A stretch of DNA of 64,000 bases, taken from the NCBI GenBank assembly GCA_964595455.1, contig CAZQQL010000003.1, positions 211 to 64,210 of the forward strand, given 5' to 3'. Below are positions 62,837-64,000 of the stretch, piece by piece. Every line of letters starts with the position of its first letter. Position 1 is the stretch's first letter. The notes beneath the pieces were generated by a model. The model was not told the origin of the DNA and did not search any database. It saw only the letters and a list, made by a program, of their open reading frames with translations. The stretch comes from an uncultured Dehalococcoidaceae bacterium. Lineage in GTDB: Bacteria; Chloroflexota; Dehalococcoidia; Dehalococcoidales; RBG-16-60-22. Made by a program: the position numbers and the translations under genes.

Positions 62837-64000
62837 CTAGATAATACCTTCAGCGGCCAGGCCATCCAACTGCCCGTCGTTGTAACCGAGCATATCGGTG
62901 AGGACATCCCGCGTGTTCTCTCCCAGGAACGGCGCGGGATAATCGATTTTGCCTGGCGTCCTGGACATCTTGAAGATAGAACCGGGGACCTTCACCTTGC
63001 CTGATATGACCTGCTCGACTTCAATGATGGCATTGCGGGCTTTAAGCTGCGGGTCGTTGCAGACCTCGGAAAACTTGGGTACCCGGGAGCAGGGGACATC
63101 AGCGTCCCGGAGTTTCTGCATGATCTCTTCTGTCGTCAGATCGATGGTCCAGGCGGAGATGATGTCGTTGATCTCATCACGATGCTTCACGCGGATGTTC
63201 TGGTTGGCGCCGAGGGGGCTGTTGATGAGGTCTTCCCGGCCCATGACCTTGTAGAGGCGCTGAAGCTGCGCGAGGACGCCGGCGGCAATGAAGAGATTAC
63301 CGTCTTTTGTCTTGTAGACATTGCAGGGTACCATGGCGGAATGGCCGTTGCCGAAGCGGGGCGGTTCCATGTCCGCGAGGAAACAATATGGGGAAAATTC
63401 GATGGAAGTCAACTGCCAGATGCACTCCTGCATGGAAATATCGATGACCTGGCCCTCTCCGGTGCGAAGCTTGTGAATAATGGCGCTGAGGATCGCCGTG
63501 GCGGCAAAGTGGCCGGAACTGAAATCCGCGGTGGATACGCCGGTCCGGACAGGTTGTTCCGGAAAACCGGTGACGGCGGTCATGCCGCCCATGGCCTGCG
63601 CGACGGGATCGAAGCCGGGGTAATCACGATAAGGGCCGGTCTGGCCGTAGGCTGAAATGGAGGCGTAAATGAGCGTGGGGTTGAGGGCGCATAACTCCTT
63701 GCTGCCGAGACCCAGTTTATCCATGGTTCCGGGGCTGAAATTTTCCACCAGGACGTCTACTTTCTTGACGAGTTCCTTGATGATGCCTTGGCCTTTTGGT
63801 GATTTCAGGTCGATGGTAACGCTTTTCTTTCCTCGGTTGAGGATAATGTAGGCGCCGCCTTCGAGTCCTTCGGTGTGGGGGAAATCGCTCCGGGTGAGAT
63901 CGCCGGAGCCGGGGCGTTCTACTTTAATGATATCCGCCCCGAAGTTTTTCAGCAGCATGGTGCAGAACGGTCCGGAATAGACCTGGGTGAAATCGAGAAC
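62837..64000 (-). CDS. CoA-transferase family III (CaiB/BaiF-type); the N-terminus runs off the right window edge
   Basis: The frame stays open upstream of the track start: ...FTQVYSGPFCTMLLKNFGADIIKVERPGSGD.... The conserved Asp region GFDPVAQAMGG is present. Confidence 0.85.
   Translation of the reverse strand, partial: VLDFTQVYSGPFCTMLLKNFGADIIKVERPGSGDLTRSDFPHTEGLEGGAYIILNRGKKSVTIDLKSPKGQGIIKELVKKVDVLVENFSPGTMDKLGLGSKELCALNPTLIYASISAYGQTGPYRDYPGFDPVAQAMGGMTAVTGFPEQPVRTGVSTADFSSGHFAATAILSAIIHKLRTGEGQVIDISMQECIWQLTSIEFSPYCFLADMEPPRFGNGHSAMVPCNVYKTKDGNLFIAAGVLAQLQRLYKVMGREDLINSPLGANQNIRVKHRDEINDIISAWTIDLTTEEIMQKLRDADVPCSRVPKFSEVCNDPQLKARNAIIEVEQVISGKVKVPGSIFKMSRTPGKIDYPAPFLGENTRDVLTDMLGYNDGQLDGLAAEGII

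Noticed and set aside
1-64000. Window-wide search for CRISPR arrays, tRNA/rRNA genes, transposases, integrases and prophage genes
   Set aside because: None were found by eye. The only GGTCGAAT-like T-arm-resembling string lies inside the SRP RNA. The two AT-rich islets lack recombinase genes and obvious flanking direct repeats.

Overview
This is a tightly packed, high-GC bacterial chromosomal segment (roughly 60 % GC by eye). It holds about 68 credible protein genes and one long Bacillus-type SRP RNA. I found no rRNA, tRNA, CRISPR array, transposase or integrase. The gene content (two rubrerythrin-type genes, a ferredoxin-nitroreductase, split transketolase, a UPF0200-type kinase, lipobox proteins with Thr/Pro linkers, a CARDB surface protein) suggests an anaerobic monoderm, possibly Chloroflexota/Dehalococcoidia-like; this is inference only. 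Housekeeping genes recognised: rluB-like, rsfS, ndk, thiL, efp+epmA, rsmA, ispE, cca-like, dCMP deaminase, L25/Ctc, thpR, comF, hpf, ogt, cobB, mutS2 and copA. Items worth a second look: (1) a ~1-kb ORF-free spacer in which a near-consensus promoter faces a ~450-nt, highly self-complementary candidate ncRNA that I cannot assign to a known family; (2) two AT-rich islets, one carrying a PD-(D/E)xK nuclease plus an m6A methyltransferase, the other a solitary TIR-like gene next to the SRP RNA gene; (3) a four-gene cluster of surface-tethered proteins: two serpins, an internally duplicated unknown lipoprotein and a small membrane protein, with a chagasin-type inhibitor elsewhere in the window; (4) an ABC ATPase placed head-to-head, 18 bp apart, with an ABC-2 permease fused to a PrsW-like intramembrane protease; (5) mutS2 followed by a VLRF1/eRF1-like gene, a possible ribosome-rescue pair; (6) a DtxR-Feo locus with FeoB split at an 11-nt overlap; (7) a two-component/MacAB-like/CopA cluster whose adaptor carries Met/Gly/Phe-rich inserts; (8) several families of short intergenic repeats. 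Many long ORFs in the supplied track are antisense artefacts of the high GC content and were discarded.
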